In this document: positions 37,158-47,178 of the stretch, piece by piece
How the letters are laid out: each line of letters begins with the position of its first letter
Numbering within the stretch: the first letter of the stretch is position 1
NCBI GenBank assembly: GCA_965221695.1
Contig: OZ244905.1
Coordinates: forward strand, 1,280,001 to 1,344,000
Direction: 5' to 3'
Source of the DNA: Gammaproteobacteria bacterium
Lineage (GTDB): Bacteria > Pseudomonadota > Gammaproteobacteria > Eutrophobiales > Eutrophobiaceae
DNA: 64,000 nt
Made by a program: the position numbers and the translations under genes
Notes under the pieces: generated by a model
What the model was told of the DNA's origin: nothing
The model's database searches: none
The model's input: only the letters and a program-made list of their open reading frames with translations

Positions 37158-38777
37158 TTACCCTTTGCGCATCTCCTTGAAACCTGCCACAAATCGGCTC
37201 AAGGTCTTGGACATGAGGCCGCGTGCCAGGTGGATGTCGATGAGTTGGAAGCAGGATTCGTCCGCGAAGGCGCGGTCCAGCGCGGCGTGCAGCGCGCGCT
37301 TTGTGCTGGCCGTCTGCCCGCTTCCGCCCAGGGTGTTCGCCAACGCGGCATAGTCCAACATGTCCAGATCGTTGAATGCGGACTCCGGTTGAAATGCCCG
37401 CAGCATCTCCCAACTGCTGTTGTTGAACACCAGCACGATGGGGTTCCAGCCGTAACGCTTGCAGTTGAGCAGTTCCATACCGGTCATCTGGAACGCCCCG
37501 TCGCCCACCAGGATGAGCGGGCGGCGGCCTGTTGCGGCCTGCACTCCCAGGCCGGACGGCACGCCGTAGCCCATGGTCGCGTAATACCCCGGCGCCACCA
37601 GTTCTGTGTACTCCATCTCCATGGTTGTAAACAGGCAATCGCCCATGTCCGAGGCGATGGGCAAAGGGCCGTAGCGGTGGAACATATCGTTCACTGCGGT
37701 AGCGATGTCGGTGGGCGTGACAGGGGTATCCGTCAATTCCAGTCCTTTCGGATAGTCAAACCGGACACCCTCCTGTTGCGGCCGGTCCGGCAACTTGCGG
37801 TTCAAGGCCAGTACCAGTTCCTGCAATGGTATGTTCTGATACACATGAAAGCCCAGGGATACGGAACCGTCACAGGCCAGGACGGTTTTTCTGAGATCGA
37901 TCTTCTTTTCGGAAATGCCGAAGTTGGTATCGGACAACAGGACACCCAGCAGGAACAGCCCGTCGGATGACTCGACCAGGTCGGTCAGGGACTGCTCACC
38001 GGCAATCCCCATGTACGTGCCCCTGAGGTCCACCGGCTGTCCTGCGAGCAGGCCCTTGCCCATGAATGTCGTAACGACGGGTATGCCCAGTTTGCGACTC
38101 AGCAGCGCTACTTCCTGTTCCAGCCCGTAACGGCGGATTTCCACGCCCACCATCAGCGCCGGGGAGCGGGCCCGTTCCAGGGCTTCGATGATCTCATCGG
38201 CGCACGCGTCCAGGGCATCGGCATCACACTCACTGGTCAGCGGCAATACGGGCACGGGGTCACAGGGTTCGAATACCTGGTCCCTCGGCGCTTCGATATA
38301 TACGGGGCGGGATTCGATGATGCAGTTCCTGAGCGCCCTTGCGATCTGCGCCGGCGCCTGCCCAACATCCTCCAGGACCACCTGGTCGCAGGTCACTTCC
38401 TTGTACACCTGTACCTGGGAGTTGAGTTGCCTGGCCTGGTGATGCACCAGCAAGCCGGTGGACTTGTCCGCCCTGCCCGGCCCGCCGGAAATGACAATGA
38501 CCGGCGACTTTTCCGCATACGCGGCCGCAACCGGGTTCACCATGTTAAGCGCACCGGCGCCGTAGGTCACCGCGGCCACGGACGGCCTGGTATGAAAGCG
38601 GGCCGCGGCATCGGCAGCAAAGCCGACCGCAGGTTCATGGCTCAAGGTGTACAACGGCAGGATGTTGCTCTCTTCGATAACCTTGAACAACGGCAGCGCG
38701 AAATCGCCGGGGATGCCGAAGATCTCTTTGACGCCGTAGGCTTTCAGGGCCTTGAGTAAATGTTCCGCAAGATTCAA
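37158..38777 (-). CDS. ipdC: ThDP-dependent indolepyruvate/phenylpyruvate decarboxylase (Azospirillum type)
   Basis: FGIPGDF, HEPAVGFAADAAAR, HHQ, GDGAFQMTGMEL...NN; TTG start. Confidence 0.88.
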   Translation of the reverse strand: MNLAEHLLKALKAYGVKEIFGIPGDFALPLFKVIEESNILPLYTLSHEPAVGFAADAAARFHTRPSVAAVTYGAGALNMVNPVAAAYAEKSPVIVISGGPGRADKSTGLLVHHQARQLNSQVQVYKEVTCDQVVLEDVGQAPAQIARALRNCIIESRPVYIEAPRDQVFEPCDPVPVLPLTSECDADALDACADEIIEALERARSPALMVGVEIRRYGLEQEVALLSRKLGIPVVTTFMGKGLLAGQPVDLRGTYMGIAGEQSLTDLVESSDGLFLLGVLLSDTNFGISEKKIDLRKTVLACDGSVSLGFHVYQNIPLQELVLALNRKLPDRPQQEGVRFDYPKGLELTDTPVTPTDIATAVNDMFHRYGPLPIASDMGDCLFTTMEMEYTELVAPGYYATMGYGVPSGLGVQAATGRRPLILVGDGAFQMTGMELLNCKRYGWNPIVLVFNNSSWEMLRAFQPESAFNDLDMLDYAALANTLGGSGQTASTKRALHAALDRAFADESCFQLIDIHLARGLMSKTLSRFVAGFKEMRKG

Positions 38778-38779
38778 AT

Positions 38780-38863
38780 TTAAGGAACCTCTGAAATTAA
38801 GTCGGAGGTTCCAACGGTACAGGGATAGGTCGTCAAAATCAATGACAATATGTCATTGATTTT
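38780..38863 (+). repeat. repeat family A partial copy (hairpins 1-3, degenerate)
   Basis: ttaaggaacctctgaaattaagtcggaggttcc...caaaatcaatgac-aatat-gtcattgatttt. Confidence 0.75.
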
Positions 38864-40142
38864 TTGGGTAAAACAAAAATTTCTTATTCCCTGGAATGTA
38901 AGATAAAAATACGTAAATGGAAAAACCAACAACAATTGCATCTATGGCAGGAACGGTTGTAAATACAATCATCTTGCTATCGGACAGGTAACCTGCTACT
39001 GAACCCAGAATCCAGGCCAGAAACGCTATGGGATTATATCGGCGAGCGCGTTGCAATGCTTCGTCAGTATAACGCTGTTTGTTTAACCAAAAATAGTCCG
39101 CCAGGTAGACACCGGCAACAGGCGGTATCATGAAAGCAAGAAATTTCAGGAAATAAAGAAAGTTATCCAGTATCGGCAACATGGCTATCAACGTACCCGC
39201 AAAACCGACGACAATGACCAACTTCCATTTCGCCACTGTCTCCGCGATGGTTGCAAAGACCAAGGACGCGGAATAAAGGTTATAAGCATTAGTGGTCCAG
39301 GTAGCCAACAGTAATAACGTAAGACCAGGCACACCCAGGCCGACTATAAGGATCACTTTCAAAAAGTTTGCTTCAGCAGTGGCGACGACCGGTATTGCGG
39401 CAAGTAATAAAATTACAGGCACTCCGAGCCCGAAACTCAGTGACGCCGCTTGAACAGCATCGGTAGATGAACGAGCATAACGACAAACATCGGGAAACAT
39501 GGTCGTAGCAACAATAAACCCACCAATTCCGGCAGAAATCCCTTCGGTGAGCTCCATTGTCGCCTCATGATCAAAGTTCAATCCAAAAGAAGTGGCTGCC
39601 ACGTAAACCAACCAGCCCAACAAGCACACCATGATCGGTACCGCCAGCTTGGATAAACGATCCAACCCTTTAAAGCCAAAAATGGCAATCGCAATCATTA
39701 ATCCTGACGCCATAATCAGATAGAAACGATGGCTTAATGGCTCCCCTCCCATGTCCCGCACTATCACCTCGACGGCGCGTGCAAACATATCAACGGTGGC
39801 GCCATACCACCCCAGCACGGTAATGCCAATAAATGCGCTGACAATTCTGGCGCCCGTATGGCCGAACGAATACTGGATGATAACCCAGGTTGTCAGTCGG
39901 GTACGTGCAGCGAGCACCCCGGTAGCGCCGGCAATAACAGACAATACGATACCTGCAATGAAAAAAGCCACAATAGCCTGCTTTAGTCCCAGGGCACTGG
40001 CCAGTTGCGCCCCCACCAGAAATACCGGCAGAGTAATAATAGCGCCTACAAGAACAACTGTGATCTTTAATCCGCTGACGGCTATCGAATCCGGCACGCG
40101 GTGGCGAGAGTAATCTTCAGTCAGTTTATCGAAATTTCGCAT
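38853..40142 (-). CDS. NCS1/CodB-like permease
   Basis: EDYSRHRVP, PDVCRYAR, WTTNAYNLYS, GVYLADYF. Confidence 0.85.
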   Translation of the reverse strand: MRNFDKLTEDYSRHRVPDSIAVSGLKITVVLVGAIITLPVFLVGAQLASALGLKQAIVAFFIAGIVLSVIAGATGVLAARTRLTTWVIIQYSFGHTGARIVSAFIGITVLGWYGATVDMFARAVEVIVRDMGGEPLSHRFYLIMASGLMIAIAIFGFKGLDRLSKLAVPIMVCLLGWLVYVAATSFGLNFDHEATMELTEGISAGIGGFIVATTMFPDVCRYARSSTDAVQAASLSFGLGVPVILLLAAIPVVATAEANFLKVILIVGLGVPGLTLLLLATWTTNAYNLYSASLVFATIAETVAKWKLVIVVGFAGTLIAMLPILDNFLYFLKFLAFMIPPVAGVYLADYFWLNKQRYTDEALQRARRYNPIAFLAWILGSVAGYLSDSKMIVFTTVPAIDAIVVGFSIYVFLSYIPGNKKFLFYPKNQ

Positions 40143-40153
40143 CTGTATCGTGC

Positions 40154-41893
40154 CTACAGTTTCAGTACTACTTTGCCGGTTGCAGGTTTGGCGCTGCAGA
40201 GTAAAACCTGATTCTCTTCAGGCTGATGAGTTAAACTGAAATCATAATGCACTTTTCCTTCTTCCAGAGCAGCACTGCAACTCTGGCATACACCCATACG
40301 ACATGCATTATCGGGAGACAAACCTGCGGATTCGGCAAGTTCCAGCAGTGTCAGATCTCCTTCAGCCGTCCATTGAACAGTTTTCCCCGCATCTGAAAAA
40401 ACAACGCTAGCGCTATCGATTTGTCCGTGCTGATGGCTGCCACTACTTGCCAGAAACGATTCTTGAAAAATGCGATCAGGGTTAGCCCCGGCGCCGGTTA
40501 ACTCAGTATACAATTTATCCTGAAATACCGGTGGCCCGCACATATAGATATCGATATCGGCCAAAGGCATGTCGATACGTTTGCCCCCATGGAGAATATG
40601 GCAACCTTCGATAAATTTCTGAATATGCTCCAGGGATAGATAACCTTCCAACTGGTAGTCTTTGCCCTTTACATCCTCTGCTGTGGGTTGGTCATAAACA
40701 TGCAGCATGGGGATATTATGTTCCTTCGATATCTGGTCCAGTTCAGCACGAAAAGCCTGTGCGGCCCGGTTCCGGCAGCAATGAATAAAATATACAGGCG
40801 GGGCATTTTCCCCCCGCGCCAGGTGGGACTTGAGCATGGACAATAAAGGTGTGATCCCAACCCCGCCGGCTATCAGCAGTATCGGTTTGAAACTACTGCG
40901 ATCCAGTACGAAACGACCCAAGGGTGGGCAGATAGATAAATGCCCACCTGCTTTGATATGCTTGTGCATAAACCCGGAACCCAGACCTTGCGGTTCTTTT
41001 TTGATACTTAAACGATAGCGATCCGGTTCATCCTGGTAATCCGACAGACTCCAGACCCTGAGCAGCGGTGACTCCGTATCAACGGGGACCTGAACAGTGA
41101 GAAATTGACCTGCTCGAAACCCGGCCAACGGCTGATTATCCTGCGGCTTCAAGATAAAGGATTTTATCTCCTCTGTTTCGTCAATGACCTCGGCGACCTT
41201 GAATTCACGCCAACCCTGCCAACGACCAAATCGGGTGCGGTCCTGGTCCAGCACCTGGTAAAGTTTGTTACGCAAGAGCAGTGCGGCAGTTTCGCTCAGA
41301 CCCGGGAGGGCAAGAACATGTCGTAACCTGACTTCATCAATGTCATTACCAAAGATATATTGGGCAATTTCATTGATCGCAATACTGTCTGTGGCTTTGC
41401 CGGTAATCTTCACTTCATCCCCGGCCTGGATCATCCCCGGCCTTTCCACATTGAAATACACCCCGCTTTTTCCGGAAACGGCGAATTCCCGGATAAAGCT
41501 GGTCGGCTGGCCTATACGCCAACACAATTTGAAACAGGGCACCCGCGGACCGGATACTTTCAGTTGCACTTGTTCACCGATGGAAAGTACATCACCAACC
41601 TGAAACTGCGCCTCATCCAGCCCGGCAATGGACAGGTTTTCTGCGAAAAAACCCGGCGGCCAGCCTTCAGGGTTCGCATCCAGCCGATCCGCCCAGAACT
41701 GATAATGTTCCGGTGCAATGGCATACACCGCATCCGTATGCACCGCTACTTCATTGCCTTCAATGCCGTGCTCGTTTATTCGTACCGAACCCGTCATCGG
41801 GGTTTTCAGGTAGGCAGTCTTTACTGATTGACCATGGATATCCAGTTCCTGTGTCTTACCAATACAGACATTAATCAGTTTCATCGTCGTCAC
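40154..41893 (-). CDS. MOSC (YiiM-like) + FNR-type FAD/NAD-binding + 2Fe-2S ferredoxin fusion oxidoreductase
   Basis: FAENL, PRVPCFKL (Moco Cys), RVWSLS, GGVGITP, YMCGP, CRMGVCQSC...LLC. Confidence 0.9.
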   Translation of the reverse strand: MTTMKLINVCIGKTQELDIHGQSVKTAYLKTPMTGSVRINEHGIEGNEVAVHTDAVYAIAPEHYQFWADRLDANPEGWPPGFFAENLSIAGLDEAQFQVGDVLSIGEQVQLKVSGPRVPCFKLCWRIGQPTSFIREFAVSGKSGVYFNVERPGMIQAGDEVKITGKATDSIAINEIAQYIFGNDIDEVRLRHVLALPGLSETAALLLRNKLYQVLDQDRTRFGRWQGWREFKVAEVIDETEEIKSFILKPQDNQPLAGFRAGQFLTVQVPVDTESPLLRVWSLSDYQDEPDRYRLSIKKEPQGLGSGFMHKHIKAGGHLSICPPLGRFVLDRSSFKPILLIAGGVGITPLLSMLKSHLARGENAPPVYFIHCCRNRAAQAFRAELDQISKEHNIPMLHVYDQPTAEDVKGKDYQLEGYLSLEHIQKFIEGCHILHGGKRIDMPLADIDIYMCGPPVFQDKLYTELTGAGANPDRIFQESFLASSGSHQHGQIDSASVVFSDAGKTVQWTAEGDLTLLELAESAGLSPDNACRMGVCQSCSAALEEGKVHYDFSLTHQPEENQVLLCSAKPATGKVVLKL

Positions 41894-41955
41894 AAATATT
41901 ATGAGGAATACTCTCTTGATAAATTATGCGAGCAATACACTATCCGCGATTGGAA

Positions 41956-42001
41956 ATGGTAGCGGGGCATGGCCATTACTGGTGACCATGCCCTTGACCA
42001 T
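41956..42001. other. intercistronic stem-loop downstream of the TBDR gene
   Basis: atggt..gggcatggcca...tgaccatgccc..accat. Confidence 0.45.
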
Positions 42002-42029
42002 AACACTTATTCGCCGGAATCCTCCCGCG

Positions 42030-44225
42030 TTATTCGAAAGTATAACGAACGCTGACTCCCCAGGTCAGGGGCGGGATATAGTTTGCTTCAAGCGTGCTCA
42101 AACCGGCTACCGCTTGCGCCTCACTCAACATGAAAGGAGTGGAGTCATTCAAATAATTGTATGCGCGTTCATCCGTCAGGTTCTTGCCCCACAAGGTAAA
42201 CGCCCAATTGGATTGCAATTCCCAGGTGATACTGGCATTGACGATACTATCCAGGCCGTTAACAATTCCTGGTTCATTGGCCGGGTCCTGGAAATACTCA
42301 TCCTTGTGCTGTATATCAAACCGCATCCTCAATGCTCCCTTGTCGCCAAGCTGTTGCCTGTATGCCATCCCTGTCGAAAAGGCATGTGGAGGCGCAACCA
42401 TTTCGTTACCCGGAAAGAGTTCATCCGAGGTATATTCTCCATCAAAATAATTATAGTTGAACCATGCAGTCAACCTCTCTGTAATGGCTGCATTGAGTTC
42501 AACATCCACGCCTTCAGCTTCCGCTTTACCGGCGTTGGTCTGCAAAAAAGTTGTGCCGACAAGTTGTGATACCTGCAGATCCGTGTAATCCACCATGTAG
42601 CCTGTTATGTTGGCGGTCATGCGATTGTCGAACCAACTGGAACGCACGCCGATTTCATAGTTTTTTGCGGTTTCAGGATTAAGGGGTACGGTATGGGCAT
42701 CGGCAGTCGGAAGACCGAATTGGATAAAACCACCGCTCTTAAAGCCCTCTGAATACGTCGCATAGAACATGATGTCTTCGTTAAGGTCGAAGTCAAGGGT
42801 CACGCGTGAGGTGTACTCGGACCAGGACTCGGATACCGGCAGGCTGAAGGCCTCGCCTGTGGTAAAAATAAAGCTGGTGCCCGCATGGGAAACCACGCCA
42901 TCCTTTTTGTCGTGAGTATAGCGTCCACCTACCGTCAGGCGCAGGTTATCCAGTATGGAAAAAGTTCCCTGGAAAAAACCCGAAATACTGTCGGTTTCAT
43001 TGGTCAGGGTGGTGTCGATGAAATCAGGCTCCGCCGCCCCCTGAAAAAGATCGCCAAGAATCGTTCCCTCGGCAAAATCAGTTACGAAGTTACGATCACG
43101 GGTGTGATCAATGTAGAGATAGTACATGCCGACAACCCAGTCCAAGCGCCCTTTCATCGCATCATCGCCGCTAATCCTGAGTTCCTGGGTAAACTGTTCC
43201 AGGTCGAACTCCTGGCTTTCTACGAGAAGGTCAGACAGCGGCGAACCGAAAACATCAGTTGCGGGCAGTTTTCCTTCGTCCTCGTAGTATGCTGATATGG
43301 ACTTGATTTGAGCAAAGCCCATATTCCAGTCCACAACCATCGAGGCGCCCCAGGAGGTACGGTCCACGCCGCCGTCATTGGGTTGGTTCGTGGTATCGGG
43401 ATCATCTTCCGGCATAAAGTCTCCAAACTCGGCAGAGGCGGGAACCGGCCCGATGTAATCCCGATGCTGGCCGAAACCCGTATCACGCATCAAATCGGCC
43501 TGTAACAGAACCTCAAGTTCATCATTGGGAACGAAACGCAACTGGGCCTTGCCGCTTTGTTTGTCTATGCTGTCAACGTGATTTCCCGTCGCCTGGTTAA
43601 ACGTGTAGCCATCGCGGGTCTTGCTGGAAAAGGCAATAGAACCGTAGACGCCGCTGTCTTCCATTAACGGACCGCTGATAACCCCTTTTACGTCGATCAG
43701 ATCAAAGCGGCCCGAACCTGCCTCGAGAACAATCCGGGTCTCCTCGGTAGGTTTTTTAGTGACCACGTTTATCAGTCCGCCCACTACATTACGCCCAAAC
43801 AATGTCCCCTGCGGTCCACGCAGAACTTCAATGCGCTCCACATCGAACAAGGCCAGGTCCCAATCCGTTACACGCCCTTTGTAAACATCATCAACAAACA
43901 TGGCTACCGGCTGATCAAGTCCCGGCCCATCTTCACCGGACTGTGCGCCGCGCAGCGTCGGCAATGCCTGTACTCGCGTAAATGGCGCAAGATGTAAATT
44001 AGGAATATGGCCGACCAGGTCGGTCGTTCCATCGATCCTCGCTTCGTTGATATAGGTCTCGCTGAATGCCGTCACAGCCACAGGCACATCCTGCAATGAC
44101 TGTTCGCGCTTTTCTGCGGTCACAATTATTTCTTCAATTTGTATTTGTCCATATACGGCCTGAAGATGAAATACTGCAAACAAAATCCACATGAGGTTAC
44201 CGGTAATACTATGCTTAAGTTTCAT
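42030..44225 (-). CDS. TonB-dependent receptor
   Basis: EEIIVTAEKREQSLQDVP, IEVLRGPQGTLFG; start reset to MKLKHS (GAGGAG RBS). Confidence 0.93.
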   Translation of the reverse strand: MKLKHSITGNLMWILFAVFHLQAVYGQIQIEEIIVTAEKREQSLQDVPVAVTAFSETYINEARIDGTTDLVGHIPNLHLAPFTRVQALPTLRGAQSGEDGPGLDQPVAMFVDDVYKGRVTDWDLALFDVERIEVLRGPQGTLFGRNVVGGLINVVTKKPTEETRIVLEAGSGRFDLIDVKGVISGPLMEDSGVYGSIAFSSKTRDGYTFNQATGNHVDSIDKQSGKAQLRFVPNDELEVLLQADLMRDTGFGQHRDYIGPVPASAEFGDFMPEDDPDTTNQPNDGGVDRTSWGASMVVDWNMGFAQIKSISAYYEDEGKLPATDVFGSPLSDLLVESQEFDLEQFTQELRISGDDAMKGRLDWVVGMYYLYIDHTRDRNFVTDFAEGTILGDLFQGAAEPDFIDTTLTNETDSISGFFQGTFSILDNLRLTVGGRYTHDKKDGVVSHAGTSFIFTTGEAFSLPVSESWSEYTSRVTLDFDLNEDIMFYATYSEGFKSGGFIQFGLPTADAHTVPLNPETAKNYEIGVRSSWFDNRMTANITGYMVDYTDLQVSQLVGTTFLQTNAGKAEAEGVDVELNAAITERLTAWFNYNYFDGEYTSDELFPGNEMVAPPHAFSTGMAYRQQLGDKGALRMRFDIQHKDEYFQDPANEPGIVNGLDSIVNASITWELQSNWAFTLWGKNLTDERAYNYLNDSTPFMLSEAQAVAGLSTLEANYIPPLTWGVSVRYTFE

Positions 44226-44284
44226 TTCTCTCTCCTCGTTATATACCAACATTTTTACTGATAATTCGACTTTTCTGTTGCCAT

Positions 44285-45415
44285 TCATATATCGTCATGA
44301 ATGTGTTCAATTCTTTGGAATGCTTCCTCGATGCCAAAGCATTCCGGCCCGAAAACGTCCAACGCCTTTTGGGATCGCATGATGGGCGCAGCGCTGGCGC
44401 CTATAACTTTTACCCGCTGCCCAAATTTCAGTGTTTCAACGGTAATGGGTTGCGCGGTCTCCCGATCTACGATACTGATCAGGTCAGGAACAATAGCCAG
44501 CGTTTGGCCGTTGCGTTTTGCCAGCAAATTTTCATTTTGAAATTGGATATGCACACGATCATTCGCATCATCCATATCGCTTATCTCACAATGCCCCATT
44601 GCAAAGCCTTTGGTGATTACCCTTCTGATATCCGTGATTTTTCCATCGAACAAAACCTTACTGTGTTTGTAGTAATCGGTACTGCGCAGGTAAGCCAGCA
44701 AAGATTCGATTGGATTGCCGCAATCCTGACCTGAATGGATTGCCCTGCCGATATTCAGGGCCAGCGTCAAGGTTCCTCTGACGCTATAGGCTTTCACCTG
44801 CTTACCCGTCATTGGATATCCACTGAATAAGACGCTTAATCCCATTTGAATGGCCGCCACCCGGATGATGTCCTCAGCACGTTTGGGATCAGCGGTTTCC
44901 ACCATTACAGTTTCCAGGTGTTCGTTGACAATGACAGCCGGCGTCGCCGAGACACCGTGCACATTAAAGGTCACCATTTGGATTTCCGGAAAGGCCCGGC
45001 CCATACCATCACAGTCCACCAGGGGTAAACCGAGACGCGCTGCGGCAACTATGGGCAACATGGAATTGATACCGCCGATCTCTATTGGAGAAATAGCATC
45101 AGCTTTTTTGCCGATGATCTCGGCAAGCCGTCTGATAGAGAGATCGATATCCTCACCGGCGGTTCCTTTTTCCAGCATAACGGTGGGCGCACCCACCATG
45201 GCTGCGGTAAAGACAGCGGCATCATCGTCCAGTTCGTCGGCATCAATGATTTCCGGCATACCGAATTCCCGTATCGCATGCTCAGCCATCAATCTGCCGA
45301 TATAGGGATCGCCACCACCCCCAGTACCCAGAAAGGCTGCACCCTGAGCAAGGTCTTTTATATCTTCTACGCCAAGAGATAATGGGTCGGCATTTTTCAT
45401 TTGTACATTCAGCAT
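44285..45415 (-). CDS. DUF917 family protein
   Basis: GAAFLGTGGGG, EIGGINS, DCDGMGRAFPEIQM, FQNENL, VPDLI. Confidence 0.88.
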   Translation of the reverse strand: MLNVQMKNADPLSLGVEDIKDLAQGAAFLGTGGGGDPYIGRLMAEHAIREFGMPEIIDADELDDDAAVFTAAMVGAPTVMLEKGTAGEDIDLSIRRLAEIIGKKADAISPIEIGGINSMLPIVAAARLGLPLVDCDGMGRAFPEIQMVTFNVHGVSATPAVIVNEHLETVMVETADPKRAEDIIRVAAIQMGLSVLFSGYPMTGKQVKAYSVRGTLTLALNIGRAIHSGQDCGNPIESLLAYLRSTDYYKHSKVLFDGKITDIRRVITKGFAMGHCEISDMDDANDRVHIQFQNENLLAKRNGQTLAIVPDLISIVDRETAQPITVETLKFGQRVKVIGASAAPIMRSQKALDVFGPECFGIEEAFQRIEHIHDDI

Positions 45416-46974
45416 ACGGCCAACTCTCCGGCTGATTTAACGCGCAAGCGTACCGCGTTGCCTGGAATATAAGATAAAGGCACCTCTTCAAAGTCGAGCA
45501 TCTCTACGCTATCTTCCAGAGCGCCAGCCTCAACCGCAGCCAATACCGCCTGCTGCTTTGCATCGGCAATGGCGGCATCGCGGCTCATTTGTTCATAGGA
45601 ATAAACTTTGTCCACTTCACCGCCTACCTGAGCGATAGAAGCGCCTATGGCATTGGCAACGCCGGCATGTTCAGGAATAATCACTTCAGAGGTTCCTGCG
45701 ATATCGCGATTGACCAGGATGGCGCCACCACCCACCAGGATCAGCGGTAACGGCTTCGCGCTGGTCTTGATTCGGTCCACACCATCTTCAAGTATGGAAT
45801 GGATCTTCGTCACGGCCGCGTCAATCAGGGTCTCCGGCAAATTATTCACGTAATCCCGCTTGCCGATATCCGCATACCCGGCCGCGACGGCGATATCGGT
45901 AGTTGTGAGCGTATTGCCACCGAATACCCGAGCCACTTTGGTGAGCCGATAACCGACGGAACGCGGCCCGACACTCATGGGTTCACCTTCTGTTACCAGG
46001 CTGCCACCGCCAAGGCCGATAGCCAGAATGTCAGGCATGCGAAAATTCGTCCGCACACCACCGACATCAACAGTCACGGAGGATTCTCGCGGAAAACCCT
46101 TGACCAGCATCCCGATGTCTGTCGTCGTGCCACCGATGTCTGCTACCAGGGCATGTTTCATCCCGGATAAATAAGCGGCGCCGCGCAAACTGTTGGTAGG
46201 GCCGGAAGCAAAGGTAAGCACCGGGTATTTCTCAGCAAACCCGGCGCTCATCAATGTGCCGTCATTCTGGCTGATATAAAACGATGCCCGGATTTGTAAT
46301 TCAGCCAATGCTGCTCTAAAAGAAGAAATTACCTTTGTGGAGAGATCCGTCAGGCTGGCATTCATGATGGCGGCATTTTCCCGCTCCAATAAACTAATCC
46401 GGCCAATGCGAGAAGATAAAGTGATCGATACCTCCGGTATTTCCTCACGCACTATCTCCGCTGCCCGCTCTTCCATATCGGCATTCACTGGAGAAAACAC
46501 ACCACTGATGGCGACGCTGCGTATACCTTCTCGTCTAAGCTCTCGCGCGGCTGAGGCAACAGCCTGTTCATCCAGTGGAGAAATTGGACGGCCATCGAAT
46601 TCATAACCACCCTTGACCAGATAACGATGATTGCCGATGGTGCCGGCTAAATCGGCCGGCCAATCTATCATTGGGGGCAAACCACGGGTCGCGGGTAAGG
46701 CGAGGCGTATCACACCAACAGGCAACAGGCTCCGTCGCTCGACAAAGGCATTGGTAAACTGGGTCGTGCCGATCATGACGGTATCAATTTCTCCGGCCGG
46801 AATGCCGGCGCCTTCCATCACATGACTGATTGCGCTCACAATTCCACCGCTGATGTCGGCGCTGGTAGGGGCTTTATAGCTCGCTTTTACCACGCGATCA
46901 TCCATCAACACCGCATCGGTATTGGTTCCCCCTACATCAACGCCAATTCTCACTGTCAATTGCCCCCACAACAA
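45409..46974 (-). CDS. hydantoinase/oxoprolinase N-terminal-type protein (DUF917-associated)
   Basis: GVDVGGTNTDAV, GTTQFTNA, LERENA, SGPTNSLRGA, DIGGTTTD, ANAIGA. Confidence 0.9.
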   Translation of the reverse strand: MLWGQLTVRIGVDVGGTNTDAVLMDDRVVKASYKAPTSADISGGIVSAISHVMEGAGIPAGEIDTVMIGTTQFTNAFVERRSLLPVGVIRLALPATRGLPPMIDWPADLAGTIGNHRYLVKGGYEFDGRPISPLDEQAVASAARELRREGIRSVAISGVFSPVNADMEERAAEIVREEIPEVSITLSSRIGRISLLERENAAIMNASLTDLSTKVISSFRAALAELQIRASFYISQNDGTLMSAGFAEKYPVLTFASGPTNSLRGAAYLSGMKHALVADIGGTTTDIGMLVKGFPRESSVTVDVGGVRTNFRMPDILAIGLGGGSLVTEGEPMSVGPRSVGYRLTKVARVFGGNTLTTTDIAVAAGYADIGKRDYVNNLPETLIDAAVTKIHSILEDGVDRIKTSAKPLPLILVGGGAILVNRDIAGTSEVIIPEHAGVANAIGASIAQVGGEVDKVYSYEQMSRDAAIADAKQQAVLAAVEAGALEDSVEMLDFEEVPLSYIPGNAVRLRVKSAGELAVC

Positions 46975-47073
46975 TAATAATTTCCATTACCGCTATACTA
47001 GTCATAACTCGTTCTTAATCAATGAGATAGATGTGTGGTTTCGATATTTTTTTCAGTAGTGCAAAAAATTACA

Positions 47074-47105
47074 AATGGGTAGGTAATTTGCATAAACGGG
47101 TAGGT
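47074..47105. promoter_or_regulatory. direct repeat AAYGGGTAGGT x2, 21-bp period
   Basis: Lies between the divergent hydantoinase and LuxR/MalT genes. Confidence 0.5.
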
Positions 47106-47178
47106 TAAACTACAATTTTGAATGAGCTAACAAGAGCGTTGTATCCAACTTATTGTTGTAACAAACGGCAAGCTAGCA

